Shown: positions 38,603-49,221 of the stretch, piece by piece
Numbering within the stretch: position 1 is the first letter of the stretch
How the letters are laid out: each line of letters opens with the position of its first letter
Source: Cyclobacteriaceae bacterium
GTDB taxonomy: Bacteria > Bacteroidota > Bacteroidia > Cytophagales > Cyclobacteriaceae
DNA length: 61,548 nt
NCBI GenBank assembly: GCA_019694905.1
Contig: JAIBBB010000001.1
Location: 1 to 61,548, forward strand
Direction of reading: 5' to 3'
The notes under the pieces: generated by a model
What the model was told of the DNA's origin: nothing
Database searches by the model: none
Seen by the model: the letters and a program-made list of their open reading frames with translations, nothing else
Translations under genes and position numbers: made by a program

Positions 38603-41584
38603 ATGACTAAACTCTATCTGTATCTGAGGAGGATTTTGATGCTGTTGCTTGTGTGCAGCTCCTTCACTGTCTTAGCACAAGAAAGGCTGATCTCCGGAAA
38701 GGTTACTTCCGGGGACGACGGTTCGCCACTGCCAGGTGTGAACGTAGTGGTAAAGGGGACTTCCAACGGGACAGCCACTGATGGTGATGGAAAGTATTCC
38801 ATTTCTGTGGCTGAGGGCACCACCCTATCATTCTCGTACATTGGTTACTCCACTCAGGAGATTGCGGTGGGAAGCCAGACAACCATTGATGTGGTGTTGG
38901 CGGTAGACGCAGTTTCTCTGCAGGAAGTAGTAGTGGTGGGTTACGGTGAGGTCCAGAAGAAAGATGCGACGGGGGCCGTCATCAATATGTCCACACGCGA
39001 TTTCAACAAAGGTGTTTTGACTTCACCCCAGGACCTGATTGTTGGTAAATTCGCCGGTGTATCGGTCACCACCAACAGTGGTGCTCCCGGAGCTGGTGCT
39101 ACCATCCGCGTGCGCGGTGGTGCTTCACTCAATGCCAGCAATGACCCCCTTATTGTGATTGACGGATTCCCGGTGGATAACACATCTCCGGGCGGCGTAG
39201 CCAACCCGCTCGCCACGATCAACCCGAATGACATTGAAACATTCACCGTTCTCAAGGACGCTTCCGCTACAGCCATCTATGGTTCCCGCGCATCAAACGG
39301 TGTCATTATCATCACTACAAAAAAGGGAAAGAGTGCTAAGCCGACGTTCAGCTACAACGCAAACGTGTCGGTGGCTTCTCCGATTAAATATGTTGACGTG
39401 CTCAATGCCACTGAGTACAAAGCCATGGTGAACTCTATGGCGCAGTCCGGTAAATATGGCATTGACAATGCAGCACTTGCCAAACTGGGTGCGGCCGACA
39501 CCGATTGGCAAAAAGAGATTTTCCGCACGGCTGTTTCACATGACCACAACCTCAATGTCGCGGGATCCTTCAAGAACCTGCCGTACCGTGTGTCGTATGG
39601 CTACACGGACCAGCAGGGTATTCTGAAGACCACATCCAATCAGCGCAATTCCATCAACCTGAATTTGAACCCCACCTTGCTTGATGGCAATCTTAAAATT
39701 GACTTCAGCACCAAGGCAAGCTGGACCAATACCAACTTCGGTGACGCTGGTGCGGTGGGATCAGCCGTTGTGTTTGATCCGACCCAGGACATCTACGACG
39801 CCAATGCGAGTCAATACGGTGGTTATTTTACCTGGCTCAGCAAAGGCGCTGTCAATGCGCCCGCCAACCCGGTAGCCTTGCTGAACCAGACCGACAACCG
39901 CGCCAAGTCGGATCGGTTTATCGTCAACGGAAAGGCAGAGTATAAACTTCCTTTCCTTCCTGATCTTAAGGTAGTCGTGAACGCTGGTTTCGACCGCGCC
40001 ACAAGCGATGGCTTTAACAGGGCTCCGGAAAATGCAGCGTTTGCCAATAACAACGGTGTACTGGTCGGACGAAACAATACATACTCAGGCAAGAACCAAT
40101 CTGAACTGCTTGATATCTATGGCAATTACCTGAAACAGATTGGCGACCACAAGATTGACCTCACTGCAGGCTATGGATGGCAGCATTTCTATCGCGATGG
40201 TGTGAACTCCACCCAGAACAAGCAGATTCCTGTGGCAAAAGTGGTTCCCTTCAAGAGCCAGAACTACCTCGTGTCCTTCTTTGGACGTGTTAACTACAGC
40301 TTCAAAGGCAAGTATTTGATTACAGCCACCTTGCGTGACGACGGATCTTCCCGTTTTGGTTCCAAGAACAGATGGGGTTTGTTCCCCTCAGTGGCGCTGG
40401 CATGGCAGTTGAAGGACGAGTCATTCCTCTCAGGGGTGAATTTCTTCTCAGATCTGAAATTGCGGGCCGGCTACGGTGTAACAGGTCAGCAGGATGTACA
40501 AGGCCGCTATTTCCCTTACCTGGCTACCTATCAGTACTCTGACAACCAGACTCAGTACCAGTTGGGTTACAATACAGATGGAACACCGGCTTTCTATACA
40601 ACTGCAAGACCTAATGCCTACGATGGCAACATCCGTTGGGAGTCAACAGCCACTTCCAACATCGGACTTGACTTCGGCTTTATGAATGACCGTATCACAG
40701 GTTCCGTTGAGGTATTCCAGAAGAATACCACCGACTTGCTGAACTTCATTCCGATTCCCAATGGTGTAAACTTCTCCAACTACCTGACGACCAACGTTGG
40801 TAGCATGGTGAATAAAGGCGTTGAATTGACGTTGAAGGCAGATGTCATTTCGACTCCAGACCTGGTTTGGAATGTCGGTGCAAACTTCACTTCCATTTCA
40901 AGCAAGATTACCAAGCTGAACTTGTCTAGTGATCCATCATACCCTGGCGTCTCATTAGGCGGAGTAGGCGTAGGTGCTTTCATTCAGAACCATCAGGTAG
41001 GCTATCCTGCCTCTTCGTTCTTTGTCTACCAGCAGATATATGATCAGCAGAACAAACCGATTGAGGGATTGTATGTGGATCGTTCTGGTCAGGGCGGACC
41101 TGTTGTAGGAAGCGACAACAACAAGTACCGCTACAGAAGGCCGGTTCCTGATTATCTGATTGGTTTGAACTCCCGCCTGAAGTACAAGCAACTTGACTTC
41201 TCCTTCTCTGGCCGGATCAGCATAGGCAACTATGTCTATAATAATGTGCAGTCAGGTAACGCCTTCTACAACGGCATCTACACACTGCAGCACTTTAATA
41301 ATACGCTGCACTCCATTACCGACACCAATTTCTCCAGCCAGCAGATTTATTCTGACTACTATGTCCAGAACGCATCCTTCTTCAAGATGGATAACATCAG
41401 TGTTGGCTATACACTGGATGGCGTGCTCGGTCAGCGTCTTAAGGCTCGTGTGAGCGGTACTGTCCAGAATGCCTTCATCATTACCAAGTACAAAGGTATT
41501 GACCCTGAGGTGGACGGCGGTATTGATAACAATATCTACCCGCGGCCAAGAACCTTCCTGCTGGGTCTGAATGTTACTTTTTAA
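38603..41584 (+). CDS. susC: SusC/RagA family TonB-dependent transporter
   Basis: EVVVVGYG, NDPLIVIDG, LKDASATAIYGSRASNGVIIITTK and C-terminal YPRPRTFLLGLNVTF. Confidence 0.96.
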   Translation: MTKLYLYLRRILMLLLVCSSFTVLAQERLISGKVTSGDDGSPLPGVNVVVKGTSNGTATDGDGKYSISVAEGTTLSFSYIGYSTQEIAVGSQTTIDVVLAVDAVSLQEVVVVGYGEVQKKDATGAVINMSTRDFNKGVLTSPQDLIVGKFAGVSVTTNSGAPGAGATIRVRGGASLNASNDPLIVIDGFPVDNTSPGGVANPLATINPNDIETFTVLKDASATAIYGSRASNGVIIITTKKGKSAKPTFSYNANVSVASPIKYVDVLNATEYKAMVNSMAQSGKYGIDNAALAKLGAADTDWQKEIFRTAVSHDHNLNVAGSFKNLPYRVSYGYTDQQGILKTTSNQRNSINLNLNPTLLDGNLKIDFSTKASWTNTNFGDAGAVGSAVVFDPTQDIYDANASQYGGYFTWLSKGAVNAPANPVALLNQTDNRAKSDRFIVNGKAEYKLPFLPDLKVVVNAGFDRATSDGFNRAPENAAFANNNGVLVGRNNTYSGKNQSELLDIYGNYLKQIGDHKIDLTAGYGWQHFYRDGVNSTQNKQIPVAKVVPFKSQNYLVSFFGRVNYSFKGKYLITATLRDDGSSRFGSKNRWGLFPSVALAWQLKDESFLSGVNFFSDLKLRAGYGVTGQQDVQGRYFPYLATYQYSDNQTQYQLGYNTDGTPAFYTTARPNAYDGNIRWESTATSNIGLDFGFMNDRITGSVEVFQKNTTDLLNFIPIPNGVNFSNYLTTNVGSMVNKGVELTLKADVISTPDLVWNVGANFTSISSKITKLNLSSDPSYPGVSLGGVGVGAFIQNHQVGYPASSFFVYQQIYDQQNKPIEGLYVDRSGQGGPVVGSDNNKYRYRRPVPDYLIGLNSRLKYKQLDFSFSGRISIGNYVYNNVQSGNAFYNGIYTLQHFNNTLHSITDTNFSSQQIYSDYYVQNASFFKMDNISVGYTLDGVLGQRLKARVSGTVQNAFIITKYKGIDPEVDGGIDNNIYPRPRTFLLGLNVTF

Positions 41585-41603
41585 TCAGCAAAGATTGACA
41601 ACT

Positions 41604-43172
41604 ATGAAAATTCATAACAATACAATTCGATCAGTTGGCGGGATGCTGCTGAGTGCAGTACTGCTCTTCTCCTGTGTGGGGGACTTGAACGTCAAGCCCA
41701 ATGATCCATTCACCACCACGGCCAGTGATGTCTACACAGATACACAGTCTTACAAGCAAGGCCTCGCCAAGTTGTATGCCGCGTTTGCATTGACAGGCCA
41801 GCAAGGGCCTGCCGGCAATGGCGACGTGGCTGGTGTTGACGAAGGGTTTAGCTGCTTTGTGCGCTCACTCTGGTACATGAATGAGCTTACAACAGATGAG
41901 GCGGTATGGACTTACCCCAACGATGCCAATGGCACGATTTTCAACCTGCATTACAATACGTGGGTGCCTTCAGACAACATCCCGACTGCGTTGTTTGCCC
42001 GGATCATGAACGTGGTTGCTCTCTCGAATGAGTTTATTCGTGCAACCGCCGGCAAGACAGATGCTGATTTGGTCAAGTTCAATGCAGAGGCACGCTTCCT
42101 GCGCGCGCTGGCATACTACCATGGCATTGACCTGTTTGGCAAGATGCCATTTGTCACTGAGGCAGACCTCCCCGGCGCTTACTTCCCTCCGGTGAAGACC
42201 CGCGCCGAGTTGTTCACTTATGTAGAGTCTGAATTGAAAGACATCAAGCCCAAAATGGGCGCGCCCCGTTTTGAGTACGGTCGCGCTGACCAGGCTGCCT
42301 GTGCCATGCTGCTCGCCAAACTCTATCTCAACGCTGAGGTATATATCAACACAGATAAATATGGTGATGCTATTACACAGTTGAATGAAGTGATTGGTGA
42401 CGGCTATACGCTCTCGCCTGTGTATGCAAATCTGTTCCGCGCAGACAATGACAAGAACAATACAGAAATCATCTTCTCGCAGAACTACGATGGCAACCGC
42501 TCTCAGGCCTACGACATTGTTCAGGTAATGGTAAAGGGCAATGCAGGTGGTGGTGACGGTGGCTGGTCTGGTTTGCGCGCCACTTCAGCATTTGTAAACA
42601 AATTCAGTTCGTTGACCGAAGCCCGCGCAATATTTAACAAGGAAGACAAGGGTCAGTCGAAGGAAATCGATGCCGTGAACGTGAGCACCCAGGGTTATGG
42701 TGTGTGGAAATTCCGCGACATCACATCCAATGGTTCTCCCAACCCTTCCGGTAACACCACATTCCCGGATACTGATTTTCCGATGTTCCGGCTGGCAGAC
42801 GCATACCTGATGTATGCTGAGGCTACCCTCCGCGGCGGTGCAGGTGGTGACCGCACCCAGGCTCTCAACTATGTCAACGCGATCCGCACACGCTCTGGTG
42901 ACGTCACCGCGGGGAATGCCCCTGGTGCAATTACCGATGCAGAACTGACATTAGACTTTATTCTCGATGAACGCGCCCGTGAGCTGTATTGGGAAGGACA
43001 TCGCCGTCCTGACCTGATCCGCTTTGGTAAATTCACAGGATCCTCCTATCTCTGGCCCTGGAAAGGCGGTGTGAAGAGTGGAACGAGCATCGAAGACAAA
43101 CGCGCCATTTTCCCGATCCCGGCCGCGGATATTTCCAACAACCCCAACCTTAAACAAAATGAAGGTTACTAA
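41604..43172 (+). CDS. susD: SusD/RagB family lipoprotein
   Basis: Lipobox LFSC; AEARFLRA, FRLADAYLMYAEA, ERARELYWEGHRR.DLIRFG and NPNLKQNEGY. Confidence 0.95.
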   Translation: MKIHNNTIRSVGGMLLSAVLLFSCVGDLNVKPNDPFTTTASDVYTDTQSYKQGLAKLYAAFALTGQQGPAGNGDVAGVDEGFSCFVRSLWYMNELTTDEAVWTYPNDANGTIFNLHYNTWVPSDNIPTALFARIMNVVALSNEFIRATAGKTDADLVKFNAEARFLRALAYYHGIDLFGKMPFVTEADLPGAYFPPVKTRAELFTYVESELKDIKPKMGAPRFEYGRADQAACAMLLAKLYLNAEVYINTDKYGDAITQLNEVIGDGYTLSPVYANLFRADNDKNNTEIIFSQNYDGNRSQAYDIVQVMVKGNAGGGDGGWSGLRATSAFVNKFSSLTEARAIFNKEDKGQSKEIDAVNVSTQGYGVWKFRDITSNGSPNPSGNTTFPDTDFPMFRLADAYLMYAEATLRGGAGGDRTQALNYVNAIRTRSGDVTAGNAPGAITDAELTLDFILDERARELYWEGHRRPDLIRFGKFTGSSYLWPWKGGVKSGTSIEDKRAIFPIPAADISNNPNLKQNEGY

Positions 43173-43194
43173 GCCAATAAAATTGAGAACGACT

Positions 43195-44019
43195 ATGAAA
43201 CACACAAGAATCATAATCCTCTTCGCGCTTTCGCTGGCAGGGTTCCTCATGACTTCCTGCGATAAGGTAGAGGACAAAGTTACCCTTACCGGCAGCACGC
43301 CGCCGCAATTGACCGTTTCGTCTTCGAGCGACCTTGTCCTGCAAAAGGCCAGGGAGAACTACAGCTCACTGCAGTTCAGCTGGACCAATCCGAACTACAC
43401 ATACTCGAATGGTGTCAACACACAGGATGTCAATTACCTCCTGCAAATTGACACCACAGGATCCAATTTCTCCAACCCCAAGTCGGTGAACCTTGGATTC
43501 GTAAAAGAGTTGTCCACGGCGTTTACCGTAAAAGAGCTCAATACGGCACTTTCCGGGATGGAGTTGAAAGACTTTGTTTCGCATGCGTTTGAGTTCCGGA
43601 TCAAGGCCACGCTGTTCGGCGGCAGCGCACCCGTTTACTCCAATGTGGTAAAGATCAACATTACCACGTACCTGGATGTAGTGTATCCCGTGCCTGATAA
43701 GTTATACATCACCGGTGCAGCTACTCCTGGTAACTGGATGGGCGGCGGCGATGCTGAATTGGTTGCACAGCGATTCAATAAGGTGAACGCATACACTTTT
43801 GTTATAGAGAGCCTCAACATCAACGCAAGCTCTGGCTATTTGTTTGTGCCTGTGTACGGTGACTGGTCGCACAAATATGGTTTTACGGGAAGTGCACAAG
43901 GCAATAACCCTGCCGGCGATACCTTCAAACCAGAAGGCAATGACTTCGTATCACCCGCAACAGCAAAAGCCTATAAGATCACAGTCAATTTTAAGACAGG
44001 TAAATTTTCATTTGAATAA
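43195..44019 (+). CDS. SusE-domain surface lipoprotein
   Basis: Lipobox MTSC; FSWT.P.Y and Y.LQID..G.NF SusE N-domain; LYITGAATPGNW carbohydrate-binding module. Confidence 0.85.
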   Translation: MKHTRIIILFALSLAGFLMTSCDKVEDKVTLTGSTPPQLTVSSSSDLVLQKARENYSSLQFSWTNPNYTYSNGVNTQDVNYLLQIDTTGSNFSNPKSVNLGFVKELSTAFTVKELNTALSGMELKDFVSHAFEFRIKATLFGGSAPVYSNVVKINITTYLDVVYPVPDKLYITGAATPGNWMGGGDAELVAQRFNKVNAYTFVIESLNINASSGYLFVPVYGDWSHKYGFTGSAQGNNPAGDTFKPEGNDFVSPATAKAYKITVNFKTGKFSFE

Positions 44020-44029
44020 TTAGAAGAAT

Positions 44030-45721
44030 ATGAAGAGTTCATGGAGATATTATTGGGTTGCCGCGATAGTCGCGGTTGCCATTTCCTGTACCACCACTGT
44101 TGATCCGACGCCGAAGTTTACGCAGAGCACTGAGACCTTTGCTGCTACGCCTACGACTACAACAGTTGCTATTACAGCAGCAGACTCATTGTCCGAAGCC
44201 ATCAAATTCAATTGGAACGACCCCAAGTTTACGACGGGAATTGAGCACACGAAGTTTGTTGTGATGGTGGGCGCTGTTGGAAGCAATTTTGCCACATTCT
44301 ACCACAAGGACTTCACGGGTGTGCTGACAGGTGCACTGCTGGGTAAGGAGATCAACGCCGCCGCCCTGAAACTGGGGGCTACCATCGGCCAGTCTTTCAG
44401 CGTGGAAGCCAAAGTGGTGGCTTCACAAGCCAACGGCAATGAGTCTAAGATTTCTGCTGTGGCAGCAATCACAGTAACTCCATACGGCGACCTTACGCTG
44501 ACCCCCTCAGCTACTGCTGTAACTGCAACTGTGGCCACCGCGGCTGAGAAGGGACTTGACCTTAACTGGTCTGCTGCCTTTGTTGGGTACAAGGGAGTTA
44601 AAAAGTATCAGCTCCAGTATGCCAAGGGCGGAACGGATTTTGCAACACCAACTTCTGTTGACATGTCCTCGTTTTCCACCACATTCACCAAGTTTCAGTT
44701 GAACAAACTGGCTGTGGCGGTAGGTGTTGGTGCAGGCACCACCGGCGATGTGGATTTCCGCATCAAGGCCACCAACGAGCAGGACGCAGTATTGTACTCC
44801 AATGTTTCCACTGTAGCAATTACTACGTATGTGGCTTATAACAGCATTGGTATCATTGGCGATGCAACTGCCGGTGGTTGGGGTACTGACACAGATCTGC
44901 GCCGTCCTGATCCGAATGGAGCACCCACTGATTGGACGGTAACCTTGTTCCTCACTGGCGGTAAGTCTGTGAAGTTCCGTGCGGATGACGATTGGGCTAA
45001 TAACTGGGGAGATTCTGCATTCCCCCATGGTTTCGGCACATCAAACGGCCCGAACATTCCTGTAAGTGCTGATGGATACTACAAAGTCGACTTCAATGTT
45101 GGTACGGGTGAGTATACACTCACTGCGGTTGCCTCAACAACTTACACGAATATCAGTATGATCGGCGACTTCGTGGGTTGGAGCTCAGATATCGACCTGA
45201 CCCAGGACGGAAGTGATCCTCATGTTTGGACAGGCACCTATACGTTTGGCAGTGATGCTCAAATGAAGTTTCGTGCGAATCATGATTGGGGCACCAACTG
45301 GGGTTCAAAAACATTCCCGAGTGGTTACGGTGTAGGGAATGGCGACAATATCCTGGTGACTGCCGGTACCTACTTCGTCTACTTCCATGACGTAACCGGT
45401 GAGTTCTTCCTTGCGCCGACAGCCAACAGTACCCCGTATAACAGTATTGGAGTCATCGGCGACTTCACGGGTTGGAGTTCAGATGCCAATCTGATCAAGA
45501 GCCCGACTAACCCCTACCGGTGGTCTGGCACGGTGAATCTGTCGGCAACAGGCGGTGCCAAATTCCGCGCCAACGCCGATTGGGGCACTAACTGGGGTTC
45601 CAACAGCTTCCCGAATGGCAAGGGTGTGCAGAACGGCGACAATCTGCCGATTACCACAACCGGCGTGTATGTTGTTACTTTCCACTCCGGCACCGGCGAG
45701 TACACCTTTACGAAGAACTAA
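44030..45721 (+). CDS. SusE/SusF-like surface glycan-binding lipoprotein
   Basis: Lipobox AISC; two SusE-like domains; three IG..GD..GW...KFRA..DW..NWG repeats. Confidence 0.88.
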   Translation: MKSSWRYYWVAAIVAVAISCTTTVDPTPKFTQSTETFAATPTTTTVAITAADSLSEAIKFNWNDPKFTTGIEHTKFVVMVGAVGSNFATFYHKDFTGVLTGALLGKEINAAALKLGATIGQSFSVEAKVVASQANGNESKISAVAAITVTPYGDLTLTPSATAVTATVATAAEKGLDLNWSAAFVGYKGVKKYQLQYAKGGTDFATPTSVDMSSFSTTFTKFQLNKLAVAVGVGAGTTGDVDFRIKATNEQDAVLYSNVSTVAITTYVAYNSIGIIGDATAGGWGTDTDLRRPDPNGAPTDWTVTLFLTGGKSVKFRADDDWANNWGDSAFPHGFGTSNGPNIPVSADGYYKVDFNVGTGEYTLTAVASTTYTNISMIGDFVGWSSDIDLTQDGSDPHVWTGTYTFGSDAQMKFRANHDWGTNWGSKTFPSGYGVGNGDNILVTAGTYFVYFHDVTGEFFLAPTANSTPYNSIGVIGDFTGWSSDANLIKSPTNPYRWSGTVNLSATGGAKFRANADWGTNWGSNSFPNGKGVQNGDNLPITTTGVYVVTFHSGTGEYTFTKN

Positions 45722-45745
45722 TAGAATCATATGATATAGCAATGG

Positions 45746-45781
45746 ATCAGAGGCCTCTTAACAGGGGCCTCTGATTTTTTT
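45746..45781 (+). terminator. Rho-independent terminator
   Basis: ATCAGAGGCCTCT-TAAC-AGGGGCCTCTGAT followed by a T run. Confidence 0.8.
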
Positions 45782-45784
45782 AGT

Positions 45785-48700
45785 ATGAAAAACCTAAGCG
45801 CACTCGCAGCCAGGGTTGTCTTTCTGGCAATTCCAATATCCGCGATACTATCCGGTTGTACCGAACGTAAGTCTGCCCTCTACACCAGCGTCCCTGAATC
45901 CAAATCAGGTATTGACTTCAGAAATGAGGTCACCGAAAATGAGGAGATCAATATTCTCACGTATGAGTATGCTTATAATGGCGGAGGAGTTGCGGCTGCT
46001 GATTTTAACAATGACGGACTTTCCGATCTCTACTTTACAGGCAACATGGTTGGCAATCGCCTGTATCTCAACAAAGGCAATCTTCAATTTGCAGACGCTA
46101 CGGCCGATGCCGGCGTTGCGGGCAGGTCGATGTGGAAGACGGGAGTAAGTGTAGTAGATATCAATGCTGACGGATGGCTTGATTTGTATGTTTGCTACTC
46201 AGGGTTTGACAAGCCTGGGGCTCTTTCCAACGAACTTTATGTCAATCAGGGGTGCAAGCCCGGTGGCATACCACTGTTCAAGGAATCAGCAAAAGCATAT
46301 GGCCTTGATGCACCCGGTACTTTCTCTACTCAATCCGCCTTCTTTGACTACGACCGCGACGGCGACCTGGACATGTTTCTGATCAATCATGGCAATCATT
46401 TCTACGCACCCTTCTTTAATACAACACAGCTCAGAAATACGAGGCATCCCCAGTTTGGAAACAAACTGTACAGGAATGACACTGCTGATTCAGGGATGTA
46501 TTTTCATGATGTCAGTGAGCAGGCGGGCATCAAGGGGGGTGGCCTCAATTTCAGCCTTGGCCTGTCTGTGGCAGACTTTAACAACGATGGCTGGCCGGAT
46601 GTCTTCGTGACCAGCGACTATGAAGAGCAGGATTTTCTGTATCTCAACAAGGGCGATGGCACTTTCGATGAAAGAGCCAAAAGCGCCATGGGCCACTTCT
46701 CGAGAAATGGCATGGGCTGCGACGCGGCCGATATCAACCACGACGGATGGCTGGACCTGATTGAACTTGACATGTTGCCAGAAGACAACTACCGGCAAAA
46801 GTTGCTGAAAGGCCCCGATGACCACAATCGCTACCACCTGATGATCGATAGCGGCTACCACTACCAGCAAATGCGCAATACACTTCAATTGCATGCCGGC
46901 GTCAAAGGGGGTGTGCCCATGTTCGCAGAAATCGGCCAAATGGCCAAAGTCTCAACGACTGACTGGAGTTGGGCCCCTTTGTTCCTGGATGCAGACAACG
47001 ACGGATATGAGGATCTGTTCATCACGAATGGTTATCTCCGTGATTTCACGTCGATGGATTTTCTTAAGTATCAGGTACCTCGTGCACGGCTGGAAGCGCA
47101 AAGCAAGGGGAAGGACCTGAAAATGTTTGACCTGGTGCGTCAAATGACTTCTACAAGAACGAGCGACTATATCTTCCGAAACAATGGCGATCTGACTTTT
47201 GCAGACAAAACACAGGAGTGGGGTATTTCCAAACCCAATCTCTCATTTGGCGCTGCCTACGCTGATCTGGACAACGATGGCGACCTCGAGATCATCACCA
47301 ACAACACCAATGAGCCGGCAACAGTCTGGGAGAACCATGCCAATGAGCTTGTTCAGGGCAACTTCCTTCGGGTGGTTTTGAAAGGGAACGCACCCAATTC
47401 ATTCGGCTATGGAGCACGCGTATCACTCTGGTCGGAGTCTGGAGACACACTGCTGCAGGTAAAAGAAATGATGCCCTCAAGGGGCTATCAGTCAAGTGTG
47501 GAGCCTGTTATTCATTTTGGTTTGGGAATTCGCAAGCGGATAGCCAGGGTTCAGGTGCAGTGGCCTGACGGCACGTCATCATCTGTGTCGGGTATTGATG
47601 CAAATCAGACTGTACGCATTAATCAGGCCGGTGCGGCAGGATTGGCACCAGTCGGCGAGAAGTCTCTCGACTACCTGAAGGAAATAGCTTTGACGGGTGA
47701 TTGGAAAATGCACGAGGAGAATCCCTTTGTGGATTTCGACAGCGAGCCACTGATTCCCTATGCGTATTCGCGCTCCGGCCCGGTGCTTGCAGCGGCTGAC
47801 GTGAATGGCGACAAGAATGAGGACTTTTTTGTGGGTGGTTCGGCGGCAGCGCCTTCGCATCTGCTTCTGAATTGGGGTGGTGGGAGGTTTGAAGATTCTG
47901 ATCAGCAGTCATGGTCTAAGCAAATTCCGATGGAAGTATCAGACGCCATGTTCTTTGATGTAGATTCGGATGGTGACCAGGACCTTTTTGTTGTGGGTGG
48001 CGGAAGTGAATTTCCGGAGGGATCCGATAGTTATACGGATCGCCTGTATCTGAACAATGGAAAGGGAAAATTCACGGAAGCATCTCCCGGTTCTATCATT
48101 CTTGATCACGTGAGCGGAAGCTGTGTTGCAGGAGCGGACTTTGACAAGGACGGGGACATTGATCTGTTTGTTGGTGGCGGTGTAAAGCCCGGTAGTTTTC
48201 CTCAGAGCAGCCCGAGTGCGCTGTTGCGCAATGACACTGACAACCACGGTGCCGTGCACTTCACTCTTGTCACTAAGGAGCTTGGCGGTGACCAGCTCCG
48301 GGAAGCGGGACTTACTACCGATGCGGTGTGGACAGACCTGGACGGGAATGGTTGGCAGGATCTGGTTATTGCAGGGCATTGGATGCCTGTCACGGTCTAC
48401 CTCAACAATCAAGGCAGGTTGACGAAATCAACGGAGCCTTCTCTTGCTGAATTGTCTGGCCTTTGGAATACAATCTTTGCAGGGGACCTCGACAGTGACG
48501 GAGACGATGACCTTATTGCTGGCAATGCGGGCTTGAATACTTCCTGGACTGCGTCCGCGGCTGAGCCAGTGGAAATGTACTATGCGGACTTCAATCGCGA
48601 TGGAAAGATGGATCCGGTCATCTGCAGCTATGTACAAGGCACGAGCTATCCCGTTGCTACAAGAGATGAGTTACTGGGTCAGTTGACGCACTTGCGTAAG

Positions 48701-49180
48701 AAATTCACAGACTATGCATCCTATGCCAAAGCCACTTTGAGCGATGTGCTGACCGGGGAAGAATTAGCACTGGCGCAGAAAAGGGTAGTCAATACATTGC
48801 AGTCAGTCTATCTTGAGAACAATGGCCGAGGTGGGTTCAATGTTGTCAGTTTGCCCAGTCGTGCGCAATTCTCCTGGACCAGTAGTCTGTTGAGTCTGGA
48901 TATTGATGATGACAAGGATATGGATTTGTTGGTAGGTGGCAATTTCAATCCATGGAGAACAGCGTATGGTCCCTCAGATGCAAATTTTGGAGTATTGTTG
49001 AAAGGCAACGGCAAGGGTGGTTGGGAAGCCGAGAGTCAGGCGCATACTTCTTATTTTGGTGAAGGCGATGTGCGCTCGATGATCAAAATAAGCGATGGTT
49101 CCGGAAGAAGCTATGTGGTTGTTGGCAGGAATGCGCAGGCAGTCCGGGTTTTTGAGTTGCGGCACGGAATGGGGAAGTGA
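45785..49180 (+). CDS. VCBS/FG-GAP repeat + ASPIC/UnbV (CRTAC1-like) lipoprotein
   Basis: Lipobox LSGC; YNGGGVA..DFNNDG; many D.D.DG..D repeats; RGYQSS..IHFGLG..WPDG ASPIC motif. Confidence 0.9.
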   Translation: MKNLSALAARVVFLAIPISAILSGCTERKSALYTSVPESKSGIDFRNEVTENEEINILTYEYAYNGGGVAAADFNNDGLSDLYFTGNMVGNRLYLNKGNLQFADATADAGVAGRSMWKTGVSVVDINADGWLDLYVCYSGFDKPGALSNELYVNQGCKPGGIPLFKESAKAYGLDAPGTFSTQSAFFDYDRDGDLDMFLINHGNHFYAPFFNTTQLRNTRHPQFGNKLYRNDTADSGMYFHDVSEQAGIKGGGLNFSLGLSVADFNNDGWPDVFVTSDYEEQDFLYLNKGDGTFDERAKSAMGHFSRNGMGCDAADINHDGWLDLIELDMLPEDNYRQKLLKGPDDHNRYHLMIDSGYHYQQMRNTLQLHAGVKGGVPMFAEIGQMAKVSTTDWSWAPLFLDADNDGYEDLFITNGYLRDFTSMDFLKYQVPRARLEAQSKGKDLKMFDLVRQMTSTRTSDYIFRNNGDLTFADKTQEWGISKPNLSFGAAYADLDNDGDLEIITNNTNEPATVWENHANELVQGNFLRVVLKGNAPNSFGYGARVSLWSESGDTLLQVKEMMPSRGYQSSVEPVIHFGLGIRKRIARVQVQWPDGTSSSVSGIDANQTVRINQAGAAGLAPVGEKSLDYLKEIALTGDWKMHEENPFVDFDSEPLIPYAYSRSGPVLAAADVNGDKNEDFFVGGSAAAPSHLLLNWGGGRFEDSDQQSWSKQIPMEVSDAMFFDVDSDGDQDLFVVGGGSEFPEGSDSYTDRLYLNNGKGKFTEASPGSIILDHVSGSCVAGADFDKDGDIDLFVGGGVKPGSFPQSSPSALLRNDTDNHGAVHFTLVTKELGGDQLREAGLTTDAVWTDLDGNGWQDLVIAGHWMPVTVYLNNQGRLTKSTEPSLAELSGLWNTIFAGDLDSDGDDDLIAGNAGLNTSWTASAAEPVEMYYADFNRDGKMDPVICSYVQGTSYPVATRDELLGQLTHLRKKFTDYASYAKATLSDVLTGEELALAQKRVVNTLQSVYLENNGRGGFNVVSLPSRAQFSWTSSLLSLDIDDDKDMDLLVGGNFNPWRTAYGPSDANFGVLLKGNGKGGWEAESQAHTSYFGEGDVRSMIKISDGSGRSYVVVGRNAQAVRVFELRHGMGK

Positions 49181-49221
49181 TAGCTGGTAGATGTAATGAT
49201 TTTTGAATCAATAATTTCTAT

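Noticed and set aside
38603-45721. Calling the PUL a starch system from its SusE/F-like repeats
   Set aside because: No GH13 is present and the linked enzyme is GH53, so the substrate is more plausibly galactan and remains unproven.
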